A stretch of DNA of 64,000 nt from Clostridiaceae bacterium (GTDB taxonomy: Bacteria > Bacillota > Clostridia > CAYPLH01 > DUMO01): NCBI GenBank assembly GCA_012839865.1, contig DUMO01000019.1, positions 62,001 through 126,000 of the forward strand, given 5' to 3'. Each line of letters begins with the position of its first letter. Position 1 is the stretch's first letter. Under the pieces are notes generated by a model that did not search any database, had not been told where the DNA came from, and saw nothing but the letters and a program-made list of their open reading frames with translations. Both the position numbers and the translations under genes were made by a program. Shown here piece by piece: positions 10,654-19,385 of the stretch.

Positions 10654-12066
10654 TCAATCCGTATTCCTGATGCCCAATGCTATGGCTTCGGCTAGTTGCT
10701 TCCTGAATTCATCGGTTTTCAGCAAATCAAACTCACCAGGATTGGTTATAAATGCCGTTTCAACCAGAACTCCCGGAATTTCGGAGTTTTCCAGCACATA
10801 GAATTCCGCGGTTTTTATTTTCTGGGACTGCCTGTTGACACCTTCAACAACAATTTCATTCAAAGCCTTTTGAATATTTTGAGCCAAAGTTTTCGATTTT
10901 GGAATGTCCGGGTTGTAAAAAACAATTGACCCGGAAACTGACGGATACTCAGAAAGGCTGTTTACATGGATGCTGACAAACATATTCGCCTGGCTTTCAT
11001 TGATGATATTTGTTCTTGCGTTCAAGTCCCTGATTTCCCGGGATGCCTGTATATTTGAAAGATGGTGCAGCGCAGTGTCTGTCTCACGGGTGAGAATTAC
11101 ATTATATCCTTCGGAAACAAGAATATTTTTTAACTTCTTTGATATATCGAGAACGATATCCTTTTCCAAAAGGCCATTCTTTGCTGTTCCGGAGTCAATT
11201 CCTCCGTGGCCCGGGTCTATCACAACGCTGATACCGTTATATCCTCCGGTCATGAGGAGAGAGTCTATTTTGGAAAACGTAAGCAAATCTACTATCCCGG
11301 TTGCCTCAAGATTGTATTTTCCCTGAAATTTCTTCACAGACTCTTCGGTAATATCTCCAAAATTGCCAGTTGGTTCAACTTCAAAAAAACCCAGTTTTTT
11401 TAAATCATTTTGCAATATTGAAACTTCGCTGCCGGACATGCCCTTATTAAGGGTAGGTTTGCCCAGCAGATACTCTAATTTCTCAATTGTTTTCGGACCT
11501 GCAATACCGTCCGGAGTTAATCCATGTTCCCTCTGGAATCTGATTACTGCAGAATGCGTCAAGTCTCCGAAATAACCTGTCGGTCTACTGTTTAACAAGC
11601 AAAGCTTGATTAACTTTTCCTGCAACTTTACGACATCATCATTTTCCATGCCCTTTTTCAAAATCGTTGCATTTAACGGCTTATTATCTTCTTCAGTACC
11701 GGTGTTTTTATTATTTCCTGTATTTTCTGCAGAACCTGTATTCTGGTTGGCTTCCGCAGCGATAGTGCTTTTATTAAGCACATCCTGCAATATTTTCATT
11801 GTCTGAGGACCAACTATGCCATCCTGAGTCAGGTTGTGTTCCTTTTGAAACCTTTTGACCGCATTTTCGGTGATGACTCCAAAATAGCCTGTCGGTTCAG
11901 CTTCAAAATAACCAATTTGTTTTAAATCCCTTTGCAGGCTTAATACCTGGCTGCTTTGCATTCCATTTTTAAGGATTATGCTTCCCTCTGCATAAGTTGC
12001 ATCCTTAAACAATACAATTGACAACAGTAAAAATACAATCACCGGCAGCTTGCTTTTGTGTGTCAT
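10654..12066 (-). CDS. N-acetylmuramoyl-L-alanine amidase (Amidase_3) with three PG-binding domains
   Basis: Signal peptide from MTHKSKL; three LxxG...V..LQ..L...G.FG..T..AV..FQ repeats; DPGHGG, EK, SIHVN, LVETAF. Confidence 0.88.
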   Translation of the reverse strand: MTHKSKLPVIVFLLLSIVLFKDATYAEGSIILKNGMQSSQVLSLQRDLKQIGYFEAEPTGYFGVITENAVKRFQKEHNLTQDGIVGPQTMKILQDVLNKSTIAAEANQNTGSAENTGNNKNTGTEEDNKPLNATILKKGMENDDVVKLQEKLIKLCLLNSRPTGYFGDLTHSAVIRFQREHGLTPDGIAGPKTIEKLEYLLGKPTLNKGMSGSEVSILQNDLKKLGFFEVEPTGNFGDITEESVKKFQGKYNLEATGIVDLLTFSKIDSLLMTGGYNGISVVIDPGHGGIDSGTAKNGLLEKDIVLDISKKLKNILVSEGYNVILTRETDTALHHLSNIQASREIRDLNARTNIINESQANMFVSIHVNSLSEYPSVSGSIVFYNPDIPKSKTLAQNIQKALNEIVVEGVNRQSQKIKTAEFYVLENSEIPGVLVETAFITNPGEFDLLKTDEFRKQLAEAIALGIRNTD

Positions 12067-12329
12067 TTGTGTAAATAAACCCCTTTTCAAGTTATAGAAA
12101 TATAAAATCATCCTTCGGAGAAACCATTTAAAGTTTCCGGACCTCAAAACCCGAAGCATCACACCACAACCATTATATGTCGTGAACATATCTCTTAAGC
12201 ATATGACTTTTAAAATTGATATAAAGTTCCCCAATATCCGGAGTGTTTGACCTTATCGCTGACCTGGGTAGCAGGTTGGAAAGTATTCAGACTCAGGGGG
12301 AATAACATTAATGGTTTAAAACAATCGGC

Positions 12330-12962
12330 TCAGGAGTTTTTCATAACAATATTTTCAATATCATTCGCTACATCTTCACATGCATCACAACATTTTTCCA
12401 GGCTTGCGAAAACTTCCTTCCATATTATAAGGTCAATAGGTTCCATTTTGCTTCTGTAAAGCTCTCTTACACCGTTGACATACAGGGCGTCTCCCACTTC
12501 CTCCAGACGGTTTAGTTCTATTATTTCATCGTGGAGTTTTTTGGACTTTCTGAAGTTTTCAAATTCCTTCAAAGCAGAAATCAGAGACCTGCAGCATTTA
12601 ACTATTACTTCTGTAAATTCAATAATTTTTTGAGGAATTGAATTAACATTAAATATGCTGATGTTGAGCAGAACATCTTCAACCGAGTCAGTTACGTCAT
12701 CTATTTTTTCAGACAGGCTCATGATATCCTCTCTTTCAATAGGCGGCAAAAACTCCTTTGCAAGTTTATTGAGAAGCTCATGCCTCTTGTTATCTGCTGT
12801 ATGCTCAATTACGTGCATTTCCCTGATTATGCCGTCCAGTTGGTTCTTATCAAAATCATATAAAGCTTTTATCAGCATTTCAGCTGCCTTTAAAGAGAAT
12901 TCGGATAATTCGACAAATGCCTGAAAATAATTGTAATTCTTTTTGCCTTTTATTATTTTCAT
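12330..12962 (-). CDS. DUF47 (PhoU-like) phosphate transport regulator
   Basis: EHTAD, PIEREDI, LEEVGD, LEKCCDACEDVA; directly downstream of pit. Confidence 0.85.
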   Translation of the reverse strand: MKIIKGKKNYNYFQAFVELSEFSLKAAEMLIKALYDFDKNQLDGIIREMHVIEHTADNKRHELLNKLAKEFLPPIEREDIMSLSEKIDDVTDSVEDVLLNISIFNVNSIPQKIIEFTEVIVKCCRSLISALKEFENFRKSKKLHDEIIELNRLEEVGDALYVNGVRELYRSKMEPIDLIIWKEVFASLEKCCDACEDVANDIENIVMKNS

Positions 12963-12983
12963 CCCATCTTTTCCTTTCATTAT

Positions 12984-14036
12984 TTAAAATATCTTTATAA
13001 ATAAGTGTGCCATTAAATAACCTACCAAGCCGCACCCCGGGAACGTCAGAATCCATGCTGCAACCATTTCTCTTACTATTCCCCAGTTAACATTGGACAA
13101 CCTCTTTGCAGCTCCTACACCCATAATTGCAGTTGTCTTGGTATGGGTGGTACTGACAGGAATACCCAATACAGTTGAGATCAATAAGCTGATTGCGCCT
13201 GTCAAATCTGCTGCAAAACCCTGGTAGGTTTCCAGTTTAACCATTCCCATCCCAACGGTTTTTATAATCCGATATCCGCCAATTGATGTACCCAGAGCCA
13301 TAATCATTGAGCAAAGAATCATCAACCATATTGGTATGCTGAAGCTTGTTGCATCGCTTTGCCCTTTGGCAAGAAAAATGCCAAGCATAAAAACACCCAT
13401 AAACTTCTGCCCGTCCTGTGCTCCATGCATAAAAGCCATAGCTGCACCCCCTGCTACCTGTGCATTGACGAAAAAAGGTTTCACTTTACGCTTATCCGCA
13501 TTCCTGAAAATCAGTTCAATAAACTTGACCAGGACAAATCCAAGTCCGAATCCGATAAATGTCGACATGAACAACCCGTAAACAACCTTAATCCACTCAT
13601 TGCCGTTTATTCCTGAGAAGCCGCCCTGCAGAGCTATGGCAGCTCCTGAAATGCCCGCTATCAGGGCATGACTTTCGCTTGTGGGTATCCCAAAGGCCCA
13701 GGCGGCCGTTGCCCAAAGAACTATTGCAAACAATGCAGCGCAAAGAGCTACCAGTGAATCGTGGGAGTTTCCTCTGAAGTCTACCATTTTATAAATTGTA
13801 TGTGCAACTGTGGCATTGAGCACAGACATTACCAGAACACCTAAAAAGTTAAAAACTGCAGCCATTAAAATAGCGTTCCTCGGGTTTATGGACCGGGTTG
13901 AAATACTGGTGGCAATCGCATTTGGTGCATCCGTCCAGCCATTAACCAAAATTACTCCCAATGTAAGCAAAGTTATTACAAATAGTGCAGGGTTTGCTAT
14001 CAATTGCTGCAAAAAATCCATTAAAGTAATTGTCAT
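12984..14036 (-). CDS. pit: PiT-family inorganic phosphate transporter
   Basis: GWTDAPNAIAT, GIPTSESHAL, HGAQDGQK, GIPVSTTH signatures. Confidence 0.9.
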   Translation of the reverse strand: MTITLMDFLQQLIANPALFVITLLTLGVILVNGWTDAPNAIATSISTRSINPRNAILMAAVFNFLGVLVMSVLNATVAHTIYKMVDFRGNSHDSLVALCAALFAIVLWATAAWAFGIPTSESHALIAGISGAAIALQGGFSGINGNEWIKVVYGLFMSTFIGFGLGFVLVKFIELIFRNADKRKVKPFFVNAQVAGGAAMAFMHGAQDGQKFMGVFMLGIFLAKGQSDATSFSIPIWLMILCSMIMALGTSIGGYRIIKTVGMGMVKLETYQGFAADLTGAISLLISTVLGIPVSTTHTKTTAIMGVGAAKRLSNVNWGIVREMVAAWILTFPGCGLVGYLMAHLFIKIF

Positions 14037-14221
14037 TATTAACCTCCAGGTTTTCTTGAGAAAATTTTATATAAATGCAACTTACCAACGGTTCTCACAA
14101 ATTGGCTTTTTTGGAGTTATTCATATTTTACCATATAGATTCTAACATCATGCAAAAATATTATCAATGTGAAAAATGTATGCTTAAAATTAAAAACCTG
14201 GCAAAACACTCTTACACAGAT

Positions 14222-14257
14222 AAAAAGCCCGGATTGAAATTAATACCCGGGCTTTTT
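14222..14257. terminator. Bidirectional-type intrinsic terminator downstream of the NCS2 permease
   Basis: AAAAAGCCCGG-loop-CCGGGCTTTTT. Confidence 0.7.
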
Positions 14258-14352
14258 ATTTAAAATATTAGTTTAGCAAACTTGGGTTCCGTAGCCTTTG
14301 GAGCCGGTCCTGGTGCCCGGGCTTTTTATTTAAAATATTAGTTTAGCAAACT
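14246..14352. repeat. Perfect 37-bp direct repeat pair with 33-bp spacer
   Basis: CCCGGGCTTTTTATTTAAAATATTAGTTTAGCAAACT at 14246-14282 and 14316-14352. Confidence 0.9.
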
Positions 14353-14358
14353 GGTTGA

Positions 14359-15783
14359 TTACAGGTTCTTAACAGCCAATAAAATAAAGTTCAGGATAAA
14401 GAGCAGTGTTGATATTGCTAAAATAGGATGAATTTCTTTTGCCTTTCCCTTAATTATCTTTACCAGGCAGTAGAAAACGAAACCTGCTGCAATTCCGTAT
14501 GAAATGCTGTAAACGAATGCCATGAATATTCCTGCAAAGAAAGCCGGGATTGCGTCTTCCAATTCATCCCACTTAATTTCTTTGAAGGATGACAGCATCA
14601 GAACACCGACAATAATCAATGCAGGTGCTGTTGCAGCTGCCGGTACCAAACCTGCAATAGGTGCAATAAGTATGCAGACAAGGAACATCAATGCAGTAAT
14701 GACACTGGTTAATCCGGTGCGGCCGCCGGCTTCGATTCCTGCTGCACTTTCTACATATGTGGTGGTGTTGGAAGTGCCAAATACAGCACCGATAGAAGTT
14801 GCAATGGCATCAGCAAACAAGGCTTTGTCCATTTTTGATTTAAACCCGGAACTGCTGAACATCAATTTTTCATCTTCTGCGCTGAAAATTCCGCTCTTGC
14901 GGCCGGTACCTATGAAAGTGCCTATTGTATCAAATGTATCGGTTAAACTGAAAGCGAAAATAGTTATCAGAACCAGAGGAATTTTTGCCGGATCACTGAA
15001 CAGGGAACCTATTCCCTCTTTACTGAAGGCAGCTCCAAAGGTTGTTCCCAAGTCGGCAAAGGCTTGTCCTATACCGGAAGTTGTGCCGGCTTGTGTGATA
15101 TCAACAACTTTCATGGGTATACCAATTATTGTAGTTATTATAATTCCAAGCAAAATAGCTCCCTTCACTTTCAAGAGAAGCAATATTATTGTTAATACAA
15201 GCCCGATCAAAGCCAAAAGCACAGTAGGATTATTCAGGGATACTAGTGCCGGGACAGCGCTTGCGTCAGCAATTACTGTATCGCCTGGCAAAATAATGTG
15301 TGCGCCTGGGTCTGAAGTAAACTTGAGAAGTCCGGCGTTTTTAATACCGATATATGAGATAAAAATACCGATACCGCCCCCGATGGCATTCTGCAAGCTA
15401 ACCGGAATTGATTTGATTATTGACTTGCGGATTTTAGTAACAGTAATGAGTATGTTTATGATTCCGCAGATAAAAACCATCGCCAGGGCCTGTTTCCAGT
15501 TGAATCCCAAACCGAAACATACGGTATAGGTGAAAAATGCATTTAACCCCATACCCGGAGCCTGGGCATATGGAACATTTGCAACAAGACCCATGACTAA
15601 AGTTCCAACCACCGATGCAAAAATTGTTGCAAGGAAAACTCCGCCCCAGGGTATGCCGGTTTGTGACAGTATTGCCGGATTAACAAAGATAATATAAGCC
15701 ATGGTGAAGAATGTAGTGAGTCCGGCAATGATTTCAGTTGACACATTTGTGCCGTTCTGCTTAAGCTTGAAGTAATTATCCAT
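14359..15783 (-). CDS. NCS2/AzgA-like purine permease (PbuG/PbuO type)
   Basis: EIIAGLTTFFTMAYI, APGMGLNAFF, DTFDTIGT, YVESAAG, GGRTGLT; purine riboswitch upstream. Confidence 0.9.
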   Translation of the reverse strand: MDNYFKLKQNGTNVSTEIIAGLTTFFTMAYIIFVNPAILSQTGIPWGGVFLATIFASVVGTLVMGLVANVPYAQAPGMGLNAFFTYTVCFGLGFNWKQALAMVFICGIINILITVTKIRKSIIKSIPVSLQNAIGGGIGIFISYIGIKNAGLLKFTSDPGAHIILPGDTVIADASAVPALVSLNNPTVLLALIGLVLTIILLLLKVKGAILLGIIITTIIGIPMKVVDITQAGTTSGIGQAFADLGTTFGAAFSKEGIGSLFSDPAKIPLVLITIFAFSLTDTFDTIGTFIGTGRKSGIFSAEDEKLMFSSSGFKSKMDKALFADAIATSIGAVFGTSNTTTYVESAAGIEAGGRTGLTSVITALMFLVCILIAPIAGLVPAAATAPALIIVGVLMLSSFKEIKWDELEDAIPAFFAGIFMAFVYSISYGIAAGFVFYCLVKIIKGKAKEIHPILAISTLLFILNFILLAVKNL

Positions 15784-15859
15784 TTTTTCCCCTCCTCTAA
15801 TTAATATAGGGCCGCTTGCTGCAGACTAGATATTGATTGTTTGACAGCATTCCCACCAA

Positions 15860-15892
15860 ACAAAAAACGATTGGATTCCCCCCCAATCGCCA
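15860..15892 (-). terminator. Expression-platform terminator of the purine riboswitch
   Basis: Minus strand CGATTGG-loop-CCAATCG-TTTTTTG. Confidence 0.8.
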
Positions 15893-15927
15893 AAAAGTCG
15901 ACAGATACCTTCCAAGGTATTCAGGTA

Positions 15928-15999
15928 AACCCAATAGTCGAACAATTTTCGGTTGTCCGGTAGAAACTTCAGGCCCATATTGCCCAAATTATATTGGTA
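15928..15999 (-). ncRNA. Purine riboswitch, guanine/hypoxanthine type
   Basis: Minus strand CCAATATAAT-TTGGGC-AATATGG-GCCTGAA-GTTTCTACC-GGACAA-CCGAAAA-TTGTTC-GAC-TATTGG; discriminator position is C (GAC). Confidence 0.93.
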
Positions 16000-16348
16000 A
16001 AATATTAAATTTGTTGATTAATGCCCAAAAGTGCAATGCCGTATATTGAAATAACAAGACAACTGATTTTCTCTTGGGACAATAATCCATACAATTTGTA
16101 TTTTAACACTTATAATACACAATATCAAGGGTATTTCAAAAAAAGAGGAGAACAAAAAGGTCTTATACTTTCTGTATTCGGATGGTTCCTTGAGTTGGAA
16201 TTTTATCAAATATTGTTTGCAAATCTATTGCAATTAATCTTGCAAAGGTATACAATTACTTAAGTTGAATTGAAGGTTTTTGTTGCATTTATACAGGTCT
16301 GAAGACCTGTTACAATAAACCATCACTTATGGTGGAATGGAGGTTGTT

Positions 16349-17587
16349 ATGAAGGAGCATATAAAAATTGGAATAATCGGTCTGGGAAAACGTGGTAGAA
16401 TGTTGCTGTCCATAATTGCAAGAATGCATGATGTGACGATTGCTGCTGTTTGTGACCTCTACGAAGACAGGCGGATTGAAGCCGGCAAAGAGGTGGAAAA
16501 AATTGCAGGCAATATTCCCTTTTCAACAGACAACTACAAAGACATTTTGGCAATGGAAGACATTGACGCAGTCATTATAACCGCATCCTGGTCAAGCCAT
16601 GCCAACATAGCTATTGAAGCAATGAAAGGCGGCAAATATGTCGGTTCTGAAGTTGGCGGAGCATACTCTGTTGAAGATTGCTGGGAACTCGTCAAAACAT
16701 ATGAGCAAACCGGCACTCCTTGCATGATGCTTGAGAATTGCTGTTATGGCCGGGAGGAGCTTATGGTCCTCAATATGGTAAGAAAGGGAGTGTTTGGTGA
16801 GGTTGTTCACTGTCAGGGCGGATACCGTCATGATTTGCGCGCGGAAGTCGCCTTTGGGAAGGAAAACCGTCATTACCGCCTTGCCAACTATCAAAACCGC
16901 AATTGCGACAATTATCCCACCCATGCGCTGGGTCCGATAGCCAAGATTCTTGACATCAACCGGGGCAACCGCATGATTTCGCTGGTATCGGTTGCTTCCA
17001 AGGCAGCAGGCTTGAATGAATACATTCTTAATAAAAAAGGTCCGGATTATTACCTGTCAAATTATAAGTTCGTTCAGGGAGACATTGTTACAACAATTAT
17101 AAAATGCTCTCACGGCCAGACTATTACCATTACCCTGGATACCACCCTTCCCAGGGCATACTCGAGAGATTTCCGGGTGCATGGTACAAAAGCCATGTTT
17201 ATGGAAGAAAACAATTCATTGTTTATTGATGATATGCACAATGAGTTTGAGTTCAAATGGAAGGAACAGTGGAATAATGTAGAAAACTTCCGTAAGGAAT
17301 ATGAACATCCGATATGGCAGGATTACAAACCGGAAGAAGATGCAAGCCATGGAGGCATGGACTATCTGGTCCTCAGAGCCTTTTTTGATAGTGTGAAAAG
17401 GCAGGTGCAAACCCCGATTGACGTATATGACATGGCTTCATGGATGTGCATTACTCCATTGTCAGAGCAATCCATAGCATTGGGAGGTCAGCCTGTGCCT
17501 GTTCCCGACTTTACAAACGGGAAGTGGCTTAACCGGGAACCAGCCCCCGGAGGAAAATACTGCCTGGACAGGGTTGCCGGAGAATGA
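16349..17587 (+). CDS. GH109-like NAD+-dependent N-acetylgalactosaminidase (Gfo/Idh/MocA fold)
   Basis: GIIGLGKRG, SEVGGA, LENCCY, GGYRHDLR, NYPTHALGP, SHGGMDY; RBS GGAGG. Confidence 0.75.
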   Translation: MKEHIKIGIIGLGKRGRMLLSIIARMHDVTIAAVCDLYEDRRIEAGKEVEKIAGNIPFSTDNYKDILAMEDIDAVIITASWSSHANIAIEAMKGGKYVGSEVGGAYSVEDCWELVKTYEQTGTPCMMLENCCYGREELMVLNMVRKGVFGEVVHCQGGYRHDLRAEVAFGKENRHYRLANYQNRNCDNYPTHALGPIAKILDINRGNRMISLVSVASKAAGLNEYILNKKGPDYYLSNYKFVQGDIVTTIIKCSHGQTITITLDTTLPRAYSRDFRVHGTKAMFMEENNSLFIDDMHNEFEFKWKEQWNNVENFRKEYEHPIWQDYKPEEDASHGGMDYLVLRAFFDSVKRQVQTPIDVYDMASWMCITPLSEQSIALGGQPVPVPDFTNGKWLNREPAPGGKYCLDRVAGE

Positions 17588-17602
17588 TTTAAAAGGTCTT
17601 TG

Positions 17603-17635
17603 GAACGCCTGCTTCAATAAGCAGGCGTTCTGTTT
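17603..17635 (+). terminator. Intrinsic terminator after the GH109-like gene
   Basis: GAACGCCTGCTT-CAAT-AAGCAGGCGTTC-TGTTT. Confidence 0.75.
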
Positions 17636-17816
17636 CCGATAACCTGGCAATAGCTAAGAATGTGTTCTTTATTCCTTGAAGGAGCAATCTCATGAGCATC
17701 CTCATATTGCAGTGATTTGGGGAAAGGTCCCAAAAACCGGGAAAATATATTGTTGGGTTTTTCATTATGGTATAAAATATTTCCAGTATAAATTTTATCA
17801 GGGAAAGGTGAAGCAA

Positions 17817-18197
17817 ATGAAAAAAATCATATCCACCGAAGGAGCGCCGGCTGCAATCGGCCCATATTCTCAGGCTGTAAAGGCAGGAAACATGATATAT
17901 ACATCCGGAATGCTTCCTATTAATCCGGTTACCGGTGAAATAACAGGCAGCAATATAACAGAACAAACAGAGCAGGTATTGAAAAATCTGGTTGAAGTAT
18001 TCAAGGCTGCTGGCGCTACTTCCGACAATGTAGTAAAAACTACGGTTTTTATAAAGAATATGAATGATTTTGCAGAAATGAATGCAGTATATAAAAAATA
18101 TTTCAAGGAAAATTTTCCTTCCAGGACTTGTGTTGAAGTGGCCAGACTCCCTAAAGATGCTCTGGTTGAAATAGAGTGTGTGCTTTATGTGCAATGA
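17817..18197 (+). CDS. ridA: RidA (YjgF/UK114) enamine/imine deaminase
   Basis: MKKIISTEGAPAAIGPYSQAV, SGMLP, PSRTCVEV, LPKDALVEIE; start reassigned to ATG 17817 (RBS AAAGGTG). Confidence 0.9.
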   Translation: MKKIISTEGAPAAIGPYSQAVKAGNMIYTSGMLPINPVTGEITGSNITEQTEQVLKNLVEVFKAAGATSDNVVKTTVFIKNMNDFAEMNAVYKKYFKENFPSRTCVEVARLPKDALVEIECVLYVQ

Positions 18198-18353
18198 ATT
18201 TTACAAACAAACAATCACGGAACGCATGACGCAGCTGCAATAGTTTGAATTACAGCCTTTAAAAGGAAGTCAAACCGTTACCGCATGGATATAAGAAGCG
18301 TAACACATGATAATTTGGCAATAGGCTGCTGAATCACTTGTTTATACGGAAAT

Positions 18354-18388
18354 AAGGCGATGTTGAACAAACACCGCCTTTTTTATTT
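18354..18388 (+). terminator. Intrinsic terminator downstream of ridA
   Basis: AAGGCG...CGCCTT-TTTTATTT. Confidence 0.7.
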
Positions 18389-18492
18389 GATAAAAATCTG
18401 CTGTTTCCTTATTTACTCCCAGTCTCTTGACTTTCCGCTTCCTGGGTATAACCCGGCCTTTTAGTCACTGCTTCTGATCAGTACCCAGCCTG

Positions 18493-18918
18493 TTAATTTT
18501 CTACTACCCGTATGCCTATCTCTCTTCCGAACTCATGGAATTCAGAACTCACTGTATTGTTTTCGCATATTTTGACAATGGAATAATCCGACAGGCAAAT
18601 TGTTGCATGCCAGGTATTCTTATAAACACACACCGGTTTGTCAAGGAGGAACACTTCATAGTTTTCCGGATCGGCAGGAGGTGCGACAACTATCATAGTA
18701 ACACCTGATACCGGTTCAAAACTTTCCATTGTAGTCGGATGTCTTGCAATTTTCTTCAGGCTTTTATCCACTACCTTGCTTACTGCAATTCTCCAGCCCA
18801 CCTGGCCGGATTCACTTAAAATCACCTGAAAGTTTTCTTTGTTGCCTGCGTCATGCTCAATCACATATCCATAGGGTGAAAATGATTCCCTGGTAATAAT
18901 TTTTATAACTTTGTCCAA
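18493..18918 (-). CDS. Ureidoglycolate lyase (AllA)-like cupin protein
   Basis: ITRESFSPYGYVI, RHPTTMESFEP, NTWHA; TTG start with RBS AGGAG. Confidence 0.6.
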   Translation of the reverse strand: MDKVIKIITRESFSPYGYVIEHDAGNKENFQVILSESGQVGWRIAVSKVVDKSLKKIARHPTTMESFEPVSGVTMIVVAPPADPENYEVFLLDKPVCVYKNTWHATICLSDYSIVKICENNTVSSEFHEFGREIGIRVVEN

Positions 18919-19230
18919 AATTATCACTCCTGTCATTTCAGCCTTCTCAACGATCGCTCGTCCAGCGGCGGCATTGTGTTTCGTTATTATTATTTCATTC
19001 TATTTTTAATTATAGAAGTTAATTCCTTAGTTAGCAAGGTGAACTGCATATTAAACTGATATGGTAACTTCTCAGATGCTGCTATACAATATTTGAAAAG
19101 GAAGCAGTTAGTTGAAAATGAAATGTATGCCTGGTTTTCTAATATTGTTCTGCTATTTCATTTATATTTGCATCAGGTTGCCTAACAAAATAATTAATCA
19201 ATAAAATTTCTCAAAATTTATTTTTTGCTG

Positions 19231-19259
19231 TTGACAAGAATAAAATCATGTGTTAAATT
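19231..19259 (+). promoter_or_regulatory. SigA promoter of adhE
   Basis: TTGACA-17 bp-TAAATT with extended -10 TG. Confidence 0.75.
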
Positions 19260-19309
19260 ATTAACAGAGTTAGATATTTTTTTAACACTATTAGTTAAAA
19301 ATTTAACAC
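19250..19309. promoter_or_regulatory. Two Rex operator palindromes
   Basis: GTGTTAA-ATTA-TTAACAG (19250-19267, overlaps -10) and TAGTTAA-AAAT-TTAACAC (19292-19309); match clostridial Rex consensus TTGTTAAnnnnTTAACAA. Confidence 0.75.
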
Positions 19310-19385
19310 AATAATTTTCCAGCACCGACTGGAATGCTTTACATAACCGGGATTATTCAATAGCAATATGCAAGGAGGAATCTAT

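Noticed and set aside
14246..14352. Bona fide CRISPR array
   Set aside because: Only two repeats, the repeat includes half a terminator, and there is no leader or cas gene; kept only as a repeat.
14522..15529. Long antisense ORFs (335 aa here; also 8667-9254, 39189-39779, 30834-31385)
   Set aside because: Shadow frames of well-supported genes, with no family motifs.
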